Of a stretch of 64,000 nt of DNA, positions 1 to 12,384 are shown piece after piece. The stretch spans positions 1,116,001 to 1,180,000 of the forward strand of contig JAMWBK010000003.1 of NCBI GenBank assembly GCA_029953675.1, in the 5' to 3' direction. The stretch comes from Rhodosorus marinus CCMP1338 (Eukaryota; Plantae; Rhodophyta). The position numbers and the translations under genes were made by a program. Each line of letters begins with the position of its first letter. Positions within the stretch are counted from its first letter, which is position 1. Below the pieces are notes generated by a model. It did not search any database. It was not told where the DNA came from and saw only the letters and a program-made list of their open reading frames with translations.

Positions 1-1982
1 ATGATCTTTCAAAACCTCGAATACACAGCGGAGGCTTACAAAAAACAAATCTCCCAAGACCTACTTATAGATGAGATTCACGTTGGAAAGAAGTTTCTTA
101 CCATCTCCAAGTTGAAGGTCAGTCGATATGCACATCGAACGGATCTCTACCTCCCACAATCTGGTGAAGTTACCGCATTGACATCACGTACAAACCCTAA
201 GTAGCCATTTTGAGCCATGGAGAAATTTAGTTCAATAGACAATCAACCATTTCAGTACATGTTCATCCAATCATAATATTTGGGAGAATAATACAACCAA
301 TCGAGAAACGTATCGAAGTCAGTACCAATCATTAACGATTCAAGTTCGAACCGTCTCCAATCACTTTGGGGAGCTTACACTCTGTATAATAATATTTACC
401 GGGGGGGTTATTATTCTTGGCAAGTTACTGAAGAAGATTAACGTCAACAAATAATTGCTCTGATATTTTGCATTGCAAGTGATTGTTAACCCCTTAATTT
501 AATTTTGTGTGTTCATCAAAAATCTACTTTTTCAGAAAAACGAGCGTTCGGAGGTGGCAAACGTAGAGAAATGTTTTTGTATTCATGGGCACAGACGGAC
601 GATATCTAAATTTTGATTGGAGAATTTATGCAGGTCAATCATTGATAAATGGATAAAATAGAAGTTTGCTTCGTTTTAATTGGATGGTCAACGGTAGTCG
701 TACGACAAGTTGTTGTCGTTCGGGATCTACTCTAACTTTTTATTGTTTTTTGTTCCATATTTCAATATTGCCAAATATCGCTTGCGATACCGCTTTCAGG
801 TGGAGGATTAGTCTCGTGGGTGAGCCGGAGCCCAATGTGGTTTCCGATGTTGTGTAGGTAATAGTCGAACCTCTGAACACCAGGATCCATCTTGCTTTGT
901 GTTCACTGTTTCTTGCGGAACTTTGGCTGCCTCGATGCCCTGTGACAGGTCTGCCCTGGTATATTGGGCATGAGGTCTGGAACCCAGCAAGCTCTTGTTT
1001 TGAATTGCTGTTTTGGCTCCGGGGGTTCTGCAAGCTCGAGCTAGGTAGTGTTTTCCGGTCGACGCGGCTTGCCAGGTAGAGAAACTATTAGCTGACAAAA
1101 TCTGGTTCGCTATCGCCTCGAATTCGAATCATCCGGCTGCACCATGGCATACTGCCGAGATAGACTCGTTTTAGTACTATACAGGAGTCGTATAACTTTC
1201 CACCTCTCGCGGCTTGATGCATCTCTACAAGGTACCGCCCTCTTGCTTTTTTGAGAAATTTAGAACAACAGCGCCGGAAGAATCCTTTCATATCATTTGA
1301 TTGGCGTCACGAGATGCCTAGCCGTCGCCCGTCCCTCGCGGAATAGGTTCAGGACGGTACCGATCTACTTTCAACCAATCCACCAGTCCAATTCCTTCGA
1401 TTCCGCTCTCGACTGGGCCATTTCTCAAAGCTGCATGCGGAGGCGGGAAGCGGCCCAGGGGACCTTGGACCGCTTCTGGTTCTCACTCCTCAGACTCTGG
1501 TCTAATTCAAAAGAAATACACACTTAACGGGCTGTTTGGTCGTGAAGAACCCCCAAGGGTCTTTCATGTCTACTTGTCGCACAGGGCCTCATTCAAACGC
1601 GGCAATGCTTTGCAGTTTCCCCTGAGCCGTTCTGATGGTGCACTTTCACATTCTGCTGTAAAATACTACTTTCTGGCCCAGATGACCAAAAGTCCCTCAG
1701 GCAAAAGGGAATGAAGAGCCCGTCGTGTTGAGTTTGTCGCTGTTCAGGTGTTTCCAGAGAAATCTTGACGCCGAATGCCGTAGCTGAGGCCGGCAGTGAT
1801 CCTTCCCCATAAATTGCCTCGCCTGGTCGGCAAGCTAGAACCTGAGATCTCCCGAGCGCAGAAGAAAGGAGCTCTCGCAAAGGGCGTGGTACCCAAGCCG
1901 GAAATGAATTTCATCCTGGCCACGCAGGTAACTCTCAGGTCCTGTACGAGTTGTCTTTTTTTTCCCGAAACCTGAAGAGGAC

Positions 1983-2378
1983 CTGAAGAGGAATATGAAA
2001 CTAACGAACCTGAAGCTACTGAACCCAACAATCTACAGAACACATCTCCGCATGGCGGCAGGCCATCGATTGCTTCATCATCATCATTGCTTCCGCGAAG
2101 ACATCCGGAACTGGTTGCCGAGCTTCTGACTTAAGACGTTTCAGCGGGAACTGCGGGGGCCGTCCTCATCAGGCCGTAGGCAAAGCTATGAGGGGGTTAA
2201 AGCAGTGCTGAAAATCCACCTAGATTTTGTTTGTATAGAATTTACATAAGAATAGCCATTAGAGTTGTTACAACAGGCCGTCCTCGTCGTGAAGTGACGA
2301 GCCGTAAGAGGGATCTGAAGAGGAATATGAAACTAACGAACCTGGAGCTACTGAACCATATACCGACAATCTACAGAA
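1983..2378. repeat. Dispersed direct repeat, two copies (~1983-2040 and ~2315-2378)
   Basis: CTGAAGAGGAATATGAAACTAACGAACCTG(A/G)AGCTACTGAACC (43 bp, 1 mismatch) followed by ...ACAATCTACAGAA in both copies, 332 bp apart. Confidence 0.9.
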
Positions 2379-5320
2379 GCCTTTTCTTCTGGTCCAAGTA
2401 GAATCTCCTTTGTCCTTGGGAGAAAAGCAAAAGTTGCTCGATGTACCACAGTTGTTCAGGTAACCGGACGATTCTTTCTACCACCCCCACTCCACCCAAA
2501 ATTCATTAAAATTAATTTCTAACTGTCCCATACAAGTGAAAATCCGATCCAGAGAAGATGTCCCAACTGTCCCGTCAAGACAAGCGCATGAGAAATCCCC
2601 TTGACAGGTTGTACCCTGTCCATTTTTAGTGTCAGGGACTTTCTACCTTTAGTGCCAGTGTTCCTATTTTTAGTCTCCGAGAGTTTCTACTTCAAACTCA
2701 GTGGGGCGTAGTTTACAGTAACCGTGAATATAAGACCAAGCTCTGCTAGATCTGGGAGGGAGGTTTGAGTGGAGACCAGTTGGTTCGAAAGTTACTAACA
2801 AGATGCCCAAAAATTTCTTTTCCTTTCATCCCCATGTTCTTGCGAGTTTCGGGCAGCACTCCGGCGCGGTGGTTCTTCGTTTTGTTTTAATTTTTTCTTG
2901 CGCACGCGGATGCGTACCTCGAAAGGTTCAATTATACTAAAAAAAAGCTTGGTGGTGTCCATATTTTTTTGAATTCCAGCTCGAATTCAGTATATTTTTG
3001 TGATTCTAATTTAGTAGAATTATCCTTAACTAGGGATCGACAAGGATGTCGTGCGCCAAACGACGAAGTGCCAAGCCTCCAAACCGGCCAGAGCTGATTC
3101 CCGGGAAAACCAGGCAGTGATGTAGGTCACTCGCAACCCTGTCAAGTCGGGTCCAAAATTGAACGGATTAGCGAAGGCACTTGTTCATGTTACCCTGGAC
3201 TGAATCACTGAGGCACGCAAGACCACGTCGGTCAGAAGCGGCTTCCCGATTTTTTGCTCTGAAAGTTGCCAGGTTGAGCTTGGAACAGTCTCTCGGAGAT
3301 AGAACGAGAGCTGGCCTTCGGTACGGGCCTGGAGCACTATCCAGTTGCCCCCCTGTGGTAGTATTGAGATATTTCTCTGAAATATTCTCGTTGTGTATAG
3401 ATCGTTTAGCACCAGATTTTGACAAGCGATTCGGATCAAGTCTGTGTCGTCTTGAATTTCAAACTCCAGGACTGAATAGTTTTCCAGGATTTCAGTGAAT
3501 ACGGTCATTCAACATCATAGTGCTCTAGGTTGCCATGAGGAACCATCGCCGATGGATTTCTGATCGGATACGAACATGCGCCGGGTCGTTCACCCTCCAC
3601 TAGGCAACAGAAAAGAGATCTATCCTTTGGCCGCTCGGAGTAAAACGTGAACAGCTTCGGGGCTTTTTGGTAAGGGAGTGAACGGATTCAGGCATACAGG
3701 CTCGGCGGCCAGGAGCAAGAGCGAAATTAGGAGTCACACTCGTGCAGATTCTCTCATCAGGTGTAACTATTCTGATTAGCGCGTATCCAACCCCGGACCG
3801 CGACTTTTGAACCAGCTTGCCGGAAGCAGATCTCCGTCCTTCTCGGGATCTGCCGCGAACGGCGGGGAGTTTGCGAGAGTTTGCAGTATGACATTATTGA
3901 TCGAACCCGCTGTCCTCTAAAGTACATGATGATGGACTTGGCCATCATCACCAAGTACTAAACCAGGTTCGCACATGACTCGCACACGTCTAGCTCGAGC
4001 AAACTCTCAAATGCTCAGAACGGCTCCCCAAGTTTAGTACGAGCTTTCAGAAAAAAAGAAAAAAAGCTTCAACTCCCCGCTTGAAATCCATAATAAGGAT
4101 ACAGAGTTGCAAAGTAGAGCATAATCCCTGCTCCGGATTCCCCAAAACTAGCCCCCCCGCACTGCCAGAGTGTGGCAGCTAACTATGTTCCACCCATCCC
4201 ACAACGGCGGTCCATTATCAATCAGCGGAAAAAAAATTTCCCTCATTAAAAAAATCATCCAAAAACAGCACCAGAAAAACAGTAAACTCTTCAAAAGAAG
4301 AACCAAACTTCCGTTCAAATTCATATGTTCTCAAATATCCAAAATAAAAAAGCGAAACCCACCAAAAATGAATTTAATTGCCATTTATTATTTCTTCTAC
4401 ATAGCATCCAATTACCATTCGTTTTTATCCTTGAGAACGGCACTTTCTCCCACGTTAACTGGCCTCCATTGATTTTCCTTAAAATAGGAAAATATCCTAA
4501 CATATGATCCTCTAAGCGCCTCTCCCGCTTTCAACAAAAAATTACAGATTCCTTACATTGGAAATAAATATTCCTTGATCAGTGAAGAACCCCCCCTTGC
4601 AAAAACCACAAAAAAAACAATTCTGCGCGATCCAGACATATCCTTCACCCCTCTACTTCTTGTTTACCATGAATCCAAATTCATCAAAACCAGCTCTAAA
4701 TTTCAAAGTTTAGCTTCAGGTTATGCAAATTACTATACCACCATGGTGACTATTGAGATTTTTTTTTTGTTCACAGTAAAAGTCTTGATTACGGGTCCTC
4801 GAAAAACCGATAAAGACCAGATCGGTGGTGGTGGTCAGTTACAACTGGGGTTATTATTTCGTTCTTCTGTGGTCATTGTTAAGCCCTTTCTGGGGGTTCC
4901 ATTTCCACTTTTTCTTTTTTCTTTTTGTAGAATGTTTTGTGGTTTACTTTGGATCTTTTCAATTTATGTTATTAAAAAAAAGGGGGTTGTGTCCGGTTGG
5001 GTAGACAAGGATGAGGGGGGTTTGGGTTGTGGTTATGTTTTTGTTTTTGTTTTTGAAAGGGATTTTGGATTGTTAGATTGGCTAAGGGGTGGATGAGTTA
5101 TAGGAATTGGTCGGGGGAAAAGGGGGTGGGAGTTCTGATGATTGGTATGAGGGAGAAGATAGTTTGGTCGGTAGAACGCTGGAAAGGGTGTGGGGGTATA
5201 TGGCAATCGGTAGAGTTTGAGACTTGTAGGAATGAACAAGGATTGAGAAATATGGTGAAAGGATGACATGAGGAGAGATTTGAGCTGATCGTTTGTGGGT
5301 TTGGTAGAGTTTGAGGGGAG

Positions 5321-6572
5321 ATGGATCTGTTAGGATTCGTCGCGAGAGTCAATGGTGTGACCAATGACTTGGCGTTGAATTTCATAAATGACTTTGTGAT
5401 TGAGAAATGCGTTCTCGGGAAGGCACATCCAGTGCCGTTGGATGAAGCGGGAGAGTTGAGATTGTGGGTGGTGACCTGGATGTTCGTTTACTTCGGGACA
5501 TTGGTCTTGTATTTTCTAGCAGCAGGGTTTCATTACCTGCTATTTTTCGTGCTCTTCAAAGAGAGGTAGGCTGTCAGACTCTGCTGCTGGTCTGGACTCC
5601 CACCCCCAGATCATTACGACTGTTGGCTCATCTGCTGCGTGTGTTTTGTCCATTTGAATGATGTTAGTTATATTCCTGACTATAAACCCAACTACAAGGA
5701 GATGTGGAGAGAAGTCAGGTTCAGTGTGACGAGTTTGGTGACAATGTCAGCGATGGTAACACCAAGTGAAGTACTTGTACATAAGGTGAGTTGGGAGTGC
5801 TGGTTATGAATCGTCTTGTCAGGAACAATCTGTTTACCAGTGTTGCTCTTGCCCTCAAACATTTAGGGGTTCACGAAACTGTATGAAAATGTTGATGAAT
5901 ACGGGTTAGCATACTTCCTTTTGTCACCGATTTTGTTCCTGTTGTTTTCGGACTTCATCATTTATTGGGTGCATCGATTCCTGCACCACCGGCTTATCTA
6001 CAAGTACATCCACAAGCCCCATCATTCCTTCGTGCATACGACGCCATTCGCGGCGTTCGCATTCCACCCTCTGGATGGATACATGCAGGTATCATATCAA
6101 TGAATACTAAGCATCACGTCTACCTGCCTACTCGGTACTGAACTTCATCCATCGCCGCTCTTTGTCTTGCGTCCAGGGAGTTGCGTACCATATTTTTGTC
6201 TACTTCATTCCTTTTCACACTTTCATGCACTTGGCCTCGCTTGGAATTGTCGGCTTGTGGACGATTAATATTCACGATAGAGTGGATATGGGTATCCCGC
6301 TGATCAACGGTGCGGGACATCATCGAGTGCATCATTTGACGTTCAACCACAATTATGGCCAATACTTTATTATCTTCGACTGGTAAGTCGGAAATCGTTC
6401 CGTGAGCGTCCTGTTACTGTCCCGACAAACGGATGCACTGGCTGATCTTAGCTCTGGTGTAAATTCTTTTGTTCCCAGGCTCTTTGGCACCATGAGAGAC
6501 CCAAAGAAATGGGGCAACTTGATGGAGTCAGAGGAGTCCGTTTACGGAGATGATGCCAAAAAGATTGGCTGA
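5321..6572 (+). CDS. ERG3: Sterol C5-desaturase / lathosterol oxidase (fatty acid hydroxylase superfamily), 5 exons
   Basis: Spliced product has the three His boxes HRFLH, HKPHH and HHRVHH, plus FAFHPLDG and NYGQYF..DWLFGT. GT-AG introns start near 5566, 5786, 6089 and 6383. Confidence 0.9.
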
Positions 6573-7016
6573 AGTTTGCTTGAAGGTTTTGCGTACCTCT
6601 TCTTTTTTGTGCACTCGAGTTTTACTCTGCGTGCCAGTTTTTTTTTGTCGTTCCGTGGGGGTTAGAAGAGTTGTTGTGTACGGCTCTTTGGGGCCAGGTA
6701 ACCGACTGGACGTTTACTTTTTCGTCGTCGTCTCGTGTTTCCGAAGTTGTAGACTAGTCACGTTAAACTGTGCTTTTACAGAAGCGCGAAAAAAATTTCT
6801 AGCAAGTCGGAGGAAAACCGCGTCCTCGGATTTACCTCCTGTGGAGGAAACAGCTCCGTCCGCAAAGGTTCCGCTCACGCTCGCGAGCGGACACACGCGA
6901 GGGATCGCTTTAAATAGATCAGCGAATGCAAAGCCTTCCGCTCGTTCACGTAGTTTGGTGCTGACGATTGTTGAGCGGGAATCTGATCTTGCGTGGGCAG
7001 AGTAGAGGCCGATTTG

Positions 7017-7881
7017 ATGTTCAGGATGAACGAAGGCCAACTATTTGCTCCGGAGTTGTTCGAGTCGGAAGAGGATAAGGAAGAAGAGCGTGTTTTCAAT
7101 ATCCATGGCATACAGGTTAGAATATTTGCGTGCCCCGATCACATGCAGATGACTGCTTCCGGCGCGTACAGAAGAGTGTGGCCCTCTTCCGTCGCGCTCG
7201 CGGAGTTTGTCCTATCGAAGGTTGGTTCACAAATCCGTAGCCAGAGTCGTCTCCGAGAATCTCAAATCAGTTTTGTCCGCATGCTTTTCGCAACAGGATC
7301 TTGATTGGTTCGGTGACTCATCGATTGCCAAGGATACAGTTATTGAACTAGGTGCCGGGGCCGGCCTCTGCGGTATTAGCTTGGCAGCATCTTTGAGGTA
7401 CAAGGAGGTATGGGCCACACCCACTCTAGGGGTTGAATCTTACTCAACATCGACACGAATTTCATCCACCGCGTTGACGTAGGTTATTCTAACAGACATT
7501 GATCGGGACGTTCTGAGGCTCCTTCGCCTCAACGTGCAGTTATACAAGGACACAGCTTCGGTAGAGGATCTATCATGGCAGGACATAAACAAGTCACATT
7601 TGCTTGCAGAAAAAAATGCTCACCTTCTTCTAGGTGCGGACGTCACCTATGATCAAAGCGCAATTCCGGCACTAGTCAAGTGCGGGGCAACATTGCTCCC
7701 AAGAGGTGGAGCGTTTCTGCTTGCTCTCTCGTTTCCTCGCTTTGCTGACCGCGTTGCGCAGGTCGAGGAACATGCCGCGCTTCATGGCTTTGTCGTACAG
7801 GAGATGCAGTGCGAGAAAGAGGTAACAATACTGCGGCTATCATGGCAGAAGGTTGGAGGTGAAACAGATCCTTTTTCGTAG
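7017..7881 (+). CDS. SAM-dependent protein-lysine methyltransferase, METTL21/EEF1AKMT-like, 3 exons
   Basis: Motifs VWPSSVALAEF, VIELGAGAGLCG (motif I), VILTD and LLLGADVTYD, joined across two GT-AG introns. Confidence 0.85.
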
Positions 7882-8526
7882 CTGTACTACGATGAAATCA
7901 ATATTATTTCGTCGATCGGTAAAATCATCGCATAAGCAATCTCCTTTGGCGTCGATTTGGCCTGGAAACTCCATGTGCAAAGTTCGCAAGCTAGAGTGTT
8001 TATTCAAGGCGATGGAGTAAGACGAATTACGGCCTATTTTACCAGACCATGATGAACCGATCCTTTACCCAGTCATTTGCCCGGGGATCGAGCTGCCCGC
8101 AAACTTGAGACAAAGAGGAAGACAAGAGGACAGATTTCGCGGTTGTCCAGGAAGCTAGTTGCTTTAAGAGCTGTTGAATGCAGCTTGCCTCACGTAGGTT
8201 CCTTGGTAGTTAGCTGTATGGACGCCCTATAAATAAAACGAACAAGCTCCTTCCAGATTATTGTGCTTCAGGACTATTTCAATCATTTTCGGTAAAAGAC
8301 TGAATGCAGTCTTTTAGATTTTTTTTTAAAGTTTGAATTTTTAACGGCGAAAAATGTCAACTGCGTGAAGAAGGGCAAGGTCTGATGACGCTTTGGAAAA
8401 GACCTTCAGGCTGTGCTGAAGTAGTCTAGACTTCTGTGCTTAGCAACTAATCCGGGGCCAAGCGTTTAGAAAAGCGTTTGAAGGCCGGTATTGGACGCCC
8501 CTTCGCCGAGGATACGTGGAAGAAAA

Positions 8527-9567
8527 ATGGCAGTGACATCTGCTCTCCTCGGCCTTGATTCGATTCGAGCGGATTTGAAGGAGCTCGGCTATCATCACAG
8601 CGCGGCTGTCGAGGAGGAAGACATAATTACTGCTACAGAGAGGCGACTTGAAGTCATTAAATGGCTGCTGGACAGGTTCGTAGAGAGCAGGAATCATGCC
8701 CACCTGATCGACGCTGACGACGATCTGGAAACCTCTGATTTGCAGGTTCTCTGAAGGGAGTGGTGAAGATTTCAGCATCGCCCACGGCGTGAATGGTCTT
8801 AGCAAAGCCTTGATAAGGTTAGGAATTAGTCTTGATCAAAATTCCGCACAGGAAATGCTGAAGCCGTCCGTGAGCCACCCAACGAGTAAGTCTGCCGGAC
8901 TGCTGAGGAACTTAATTGACGTAGCTATGTCCGTCATCATACCCGTTGATCTCAACTCTGTGCTTCATTTGTCGAGCCTCATCATCAAAAGCTCTGAGGA
9001 CTCTCCCAAAACGCATCATATTGCGAAAACTGATGTTGCCAAGGAGATGGAAAATACGCTGGACGGTGTTCTTGAGAGACGGCGGGAACTGGAAGAAAAG
9101 GTGGCCAGCATCGTCTTGGTTGAAAACAGCCGTAAAGAATCCAATTTAGAGGTAAGTCGCTCTGAGTGTTAGCTGAGCAGGCAGAGGTCGAAGCTCAAGC
9201 CGTCAGGGGTTTTACGTTTTCGCATTTCCAGGTCGCAAATATTGACGAGATTGGAGCATCGGTTGCTGAAGCACAGAAAGACTGTCAGAGCTTTCGAGAG
9301 GTCGTCGAGAGGGTGCTGGAAATCGATCGCCGATGGATGTGCCCTCGTGAAGAAGCAGGCTGGAGAGAACGAATATCCGAATGCACTGCTGCCGAGGAGA
9401 GTGTTCACAAGTTTAGCACCGACGTAATCAGCATTGTATCGAGCAAAGACCAGATCGCTGACTTGTCGCGATCGATTACAAGTTATCGGCTTGAGCTGAA
9501 TCCAGTGGTTACTGAGAGTCTTTCAGAGCTCTCGGCCGCCAACGCTGTGTTGGAGAGCATTAATTAG
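8527..9567 (+). CDS. HAUS7/AUG7-like (augmin subunit 7) coiled-coil protein, 3 exons
   Basis: With introns 8676-8775 and 9152-9231 the protein reads LKELGY...ERRLEVIKWLL...LSKALIRLGIS...LLRNLIDVAMS, followed by coiled-coil-like sequence. This resembles the HAUS7/AUG7 N-terminal pattern as recalled; no search was run. Confidence 0.55.
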
Positions 9568-10731
9568 AACCAATTTGGCGTTGCATAAGGAAAAGACGCC
9601 ACAGCGAGGAATGGTTTATTTTGAAAGGGTACTGTTTTATCTACCTCACACACACCTCAACTATCAAGATGACAAGTCAGTGCTTCCCAGGTAGGCCAAT
9701 GCGTGATCAGATCTGCAAGCCGCGCAAGTACCCGGTCCAGAAAGGTTCGAAGGTTTCTGCAAGCCCGCGCAAGTTGCTTAGTACACCCAAAACAAGAGCA
9801 TTCGTACAATTTCGTACAAACAACATTATGCCCCTACCCTTCTACATTTAGCCTTAGATTGTAATTCATAATAAATATTCCATCTAGTCCTTATAAATTT
9901 CATCCAATGCCTCCCTTAACCCGCTCAACCTCTGTAGTTATTTTAGAATTTTAGGTATCCCGCCGGTGACGTTATACGTGGGGCCTAGTTGGAAGCGCAA
10001 AACATTGAGCATAAACGATCAAAAATAAGCTAAACTCTATTTTTGCAATCACTCCCCCCCCCTACACATCCGACCATCTCATCTCACGCCGACATCGACC
10101 AGGAAGACATTAAACTAATTTCTCATCAAGGGGTTATGGTCCGGTCTAATAATTAATCTTGAATCAACAATAAACAAAACAAAAACAAAATAGTTCTTAC
10201 TTCGCGAAGTACGAGAAAACGAAAACACCTCGGACCAAAAAAAACCTTCCCCCGAACAACCCCACCCTCTAGTTATTACTAAAACCCTATCCTCCGGAAA
10301 AACTAAAAACGGTTCAAGGCATCCTTAGATATCTATAGGGGAAGTAAAAACTATTCCAGTATTCCAATATATGCTATTTATTATTTTTAAAATATTAGAA
10401 ACGGAATTTCCAAGACGTTTGCATAGGGTGGGGAGATGGATTTGTATGCCTTCATTGGGTTGGGGTTTTCAGGGGGGGTTTGGGACGATGCTCTTGTGGC
10501 TTTTTCTTTTGAGATTGTGGATGGGATTGTGCTCGAGATGGAAAGTGTGAGTTGGTGGTTGGGGAGCCGGAGGAGTGAGGGGGAGGGCAGGAGGAGTGGA
10601 ATATTGAAGGAATTGGAGAGGAGAGCGTAGGAGCGAGAGTTTGGTGGCTTGGGTAGTCGAGGATTGGATTGAAGAGGAGTATTTTTTTTTGTTTTTGGGG
10701 GGGGGGGGCGGGGTTAGGTTGTGGATTAGCC

Positions 10732-11639
10732 ATGGCGTTTGTGAGTGGATGTGGAGGTCTTGGGGTGCCTGGTGGGAGGGCTGCGGTATGTTCTCGGGAG
10801 ACGAGCTTTGGAGGACAGGCAGTGGTTGCTGTTCCGGTTGGTCAGAGGGCTCAGATGCCCGTGGCGCCTGTGTTGCCGACGATGCCGACTATTGAGGCAA
10901 TGGTGAGTTCTCCCGGCTTTTTTTTTTTTGGCTTTGGTCTGTTGTGTGCTGTGTGAGGGCTTTTTGAGTGAGAAACTTTGGTTGTTTTGGTCAAAGTTGT
11001 GCGGGATGAGAACAATGGCTCTTGCCGGAAAGCGCATTCAGCTTGGTTGCGGGTTCGGAAGGCCCCGCTCAGCGCGTCGTGTGAGCGCAGGGGTTGAATC
11101 CAAGCTTGATTCCTTGTCCTGAGCGTCGTATGGGTGCAAGAGTGGATCTTTTTTTTGGTGCCCCTGCTGGTATTCTGTTGGCTAACAATGTTTCCCTTTT
11201 TGTTTGTGTGTGTATGCAGCGTCACAGAAAGAGGGGACGCAAGCTGAACAAGCCTGCCGACCAGCGCAAGGCTTTGCTGAGAGCTCTTACGACGGAGCTG
11301 ATCCGACACGGGCGTATTTCGTCAACTCTCGCTAGGTGCAAGGAAGTCCGTCGATGTGCTGACCACATGATTCAGCTTTCCAAGGATGGATCTTTGCATG
11401 CTAGAAGACAAGCTATGGGGTTAGTTGCTCTTCGTCCGGACTATTACGTCGTTTTACATTTTAACTCACCGGAACACGTTTCTTGTTATAGATTCATTTA
11501 CGATAAGCAGCTTGTGCACGCTCTGTTCGAGCAGGGAGCGGAGAGGTACAGGGAAAGGCAAGGTGGATACACACGTGTACTCCGCACCATGCCTCGAAAG
11601 GGAGATAATGCGGAGATGGGTATTATCGAGCTGGTTTAG
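10732..11639 (+). CDS. rpl17: Plastid 50S ribosomal protein L17 with N-terminal transit peptide, 3 exons
   Basis: Exon 1 is MAFVSGCGG...(transit peptide-like). After intron 10903-11219 the sequence reads M|[33 protein letters not shown]...[12 protein letters not shown]...[14 protein letters not shown], the bL17 signature. Confidence 0.95.
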
Positions 11640-12384
11640 GGCCCACGTAAGTTGTGCGTCATAATTGCGAGAGCGTGCAAATTAAAAAGAAACCCACTGT
11701 TCACAAGTTATTCCTGGTCGAATCTTCCGGATTCCCTCGCGCGGGGTTAAGAATTTTCTTGCCTGCCTAAAAAGCTACCCTAAACTCCGGAGAGCAAGAA
11801 GAAATCGCTCCCCTCTCGCATCCCAGACTTTCGCCGGAACGATACGAAGTCTTTTCCGCTCATCCGATGTGTCCAGGCTCAAATCCAAGGTCTGGAAATC
11901 GGCCAACTCATCCCAATGTAGGTAACCCCTCAGCCCGTATTCCCGAACCCTCCAGAAGACCCTTCCAAGAAGGGACCGGTCTCGCCCAAACAGTAACCCT
12001 AGACCAACGTAACCCCCTCACCAAACAGCTTGCAGAAAACTGTGAACATCCAGCCCTCCTTTTCATTCACATGTGAACTCCTGAGCAGGGCATGCACTCC
12101 ATCGTTGTCAGCAATCCGAATGGTTCTTGCCTCGTGTAACTCTGTATCGCTACTCTGGCGACCCTTGGTGTTATCGGCCTTCAGCTCAGGTGTGAGAGGG
12201 ACGTGGCTGGAGGATGGGTTTCATGTTCTGGCTCAAGGCCTACTGATTTTGCTGGAGGATGAGCTTTGGAGAGTCTTTAGACTGGGATGGACATGGGAGG
12301 AGGATTTGAACCCCTTTTTTGCGCTTTTGTTCTAGTGCGCTGTGCGGTTGGGCGGGCGTTTTAAATATCTAGTGTGGAAAAACG

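Noticed and set aside
1-220. Plus ORF 1-204, or a minus-strand gene running off the left edge (..GDGKKLLSNVNL..)
   Set aside because: Too short, and the splice path needs an implausibly small intron; no family can be supported.
4170-5385. Several 60-170 aa ORFs on both strands
   Set aside because: They lie in skewed low-complexity promoter/UTR sequence with no protein-like motifs. The same applies to ORFs at 10436-11122, 26299-26715, 58701-59491 and 62167-62650.
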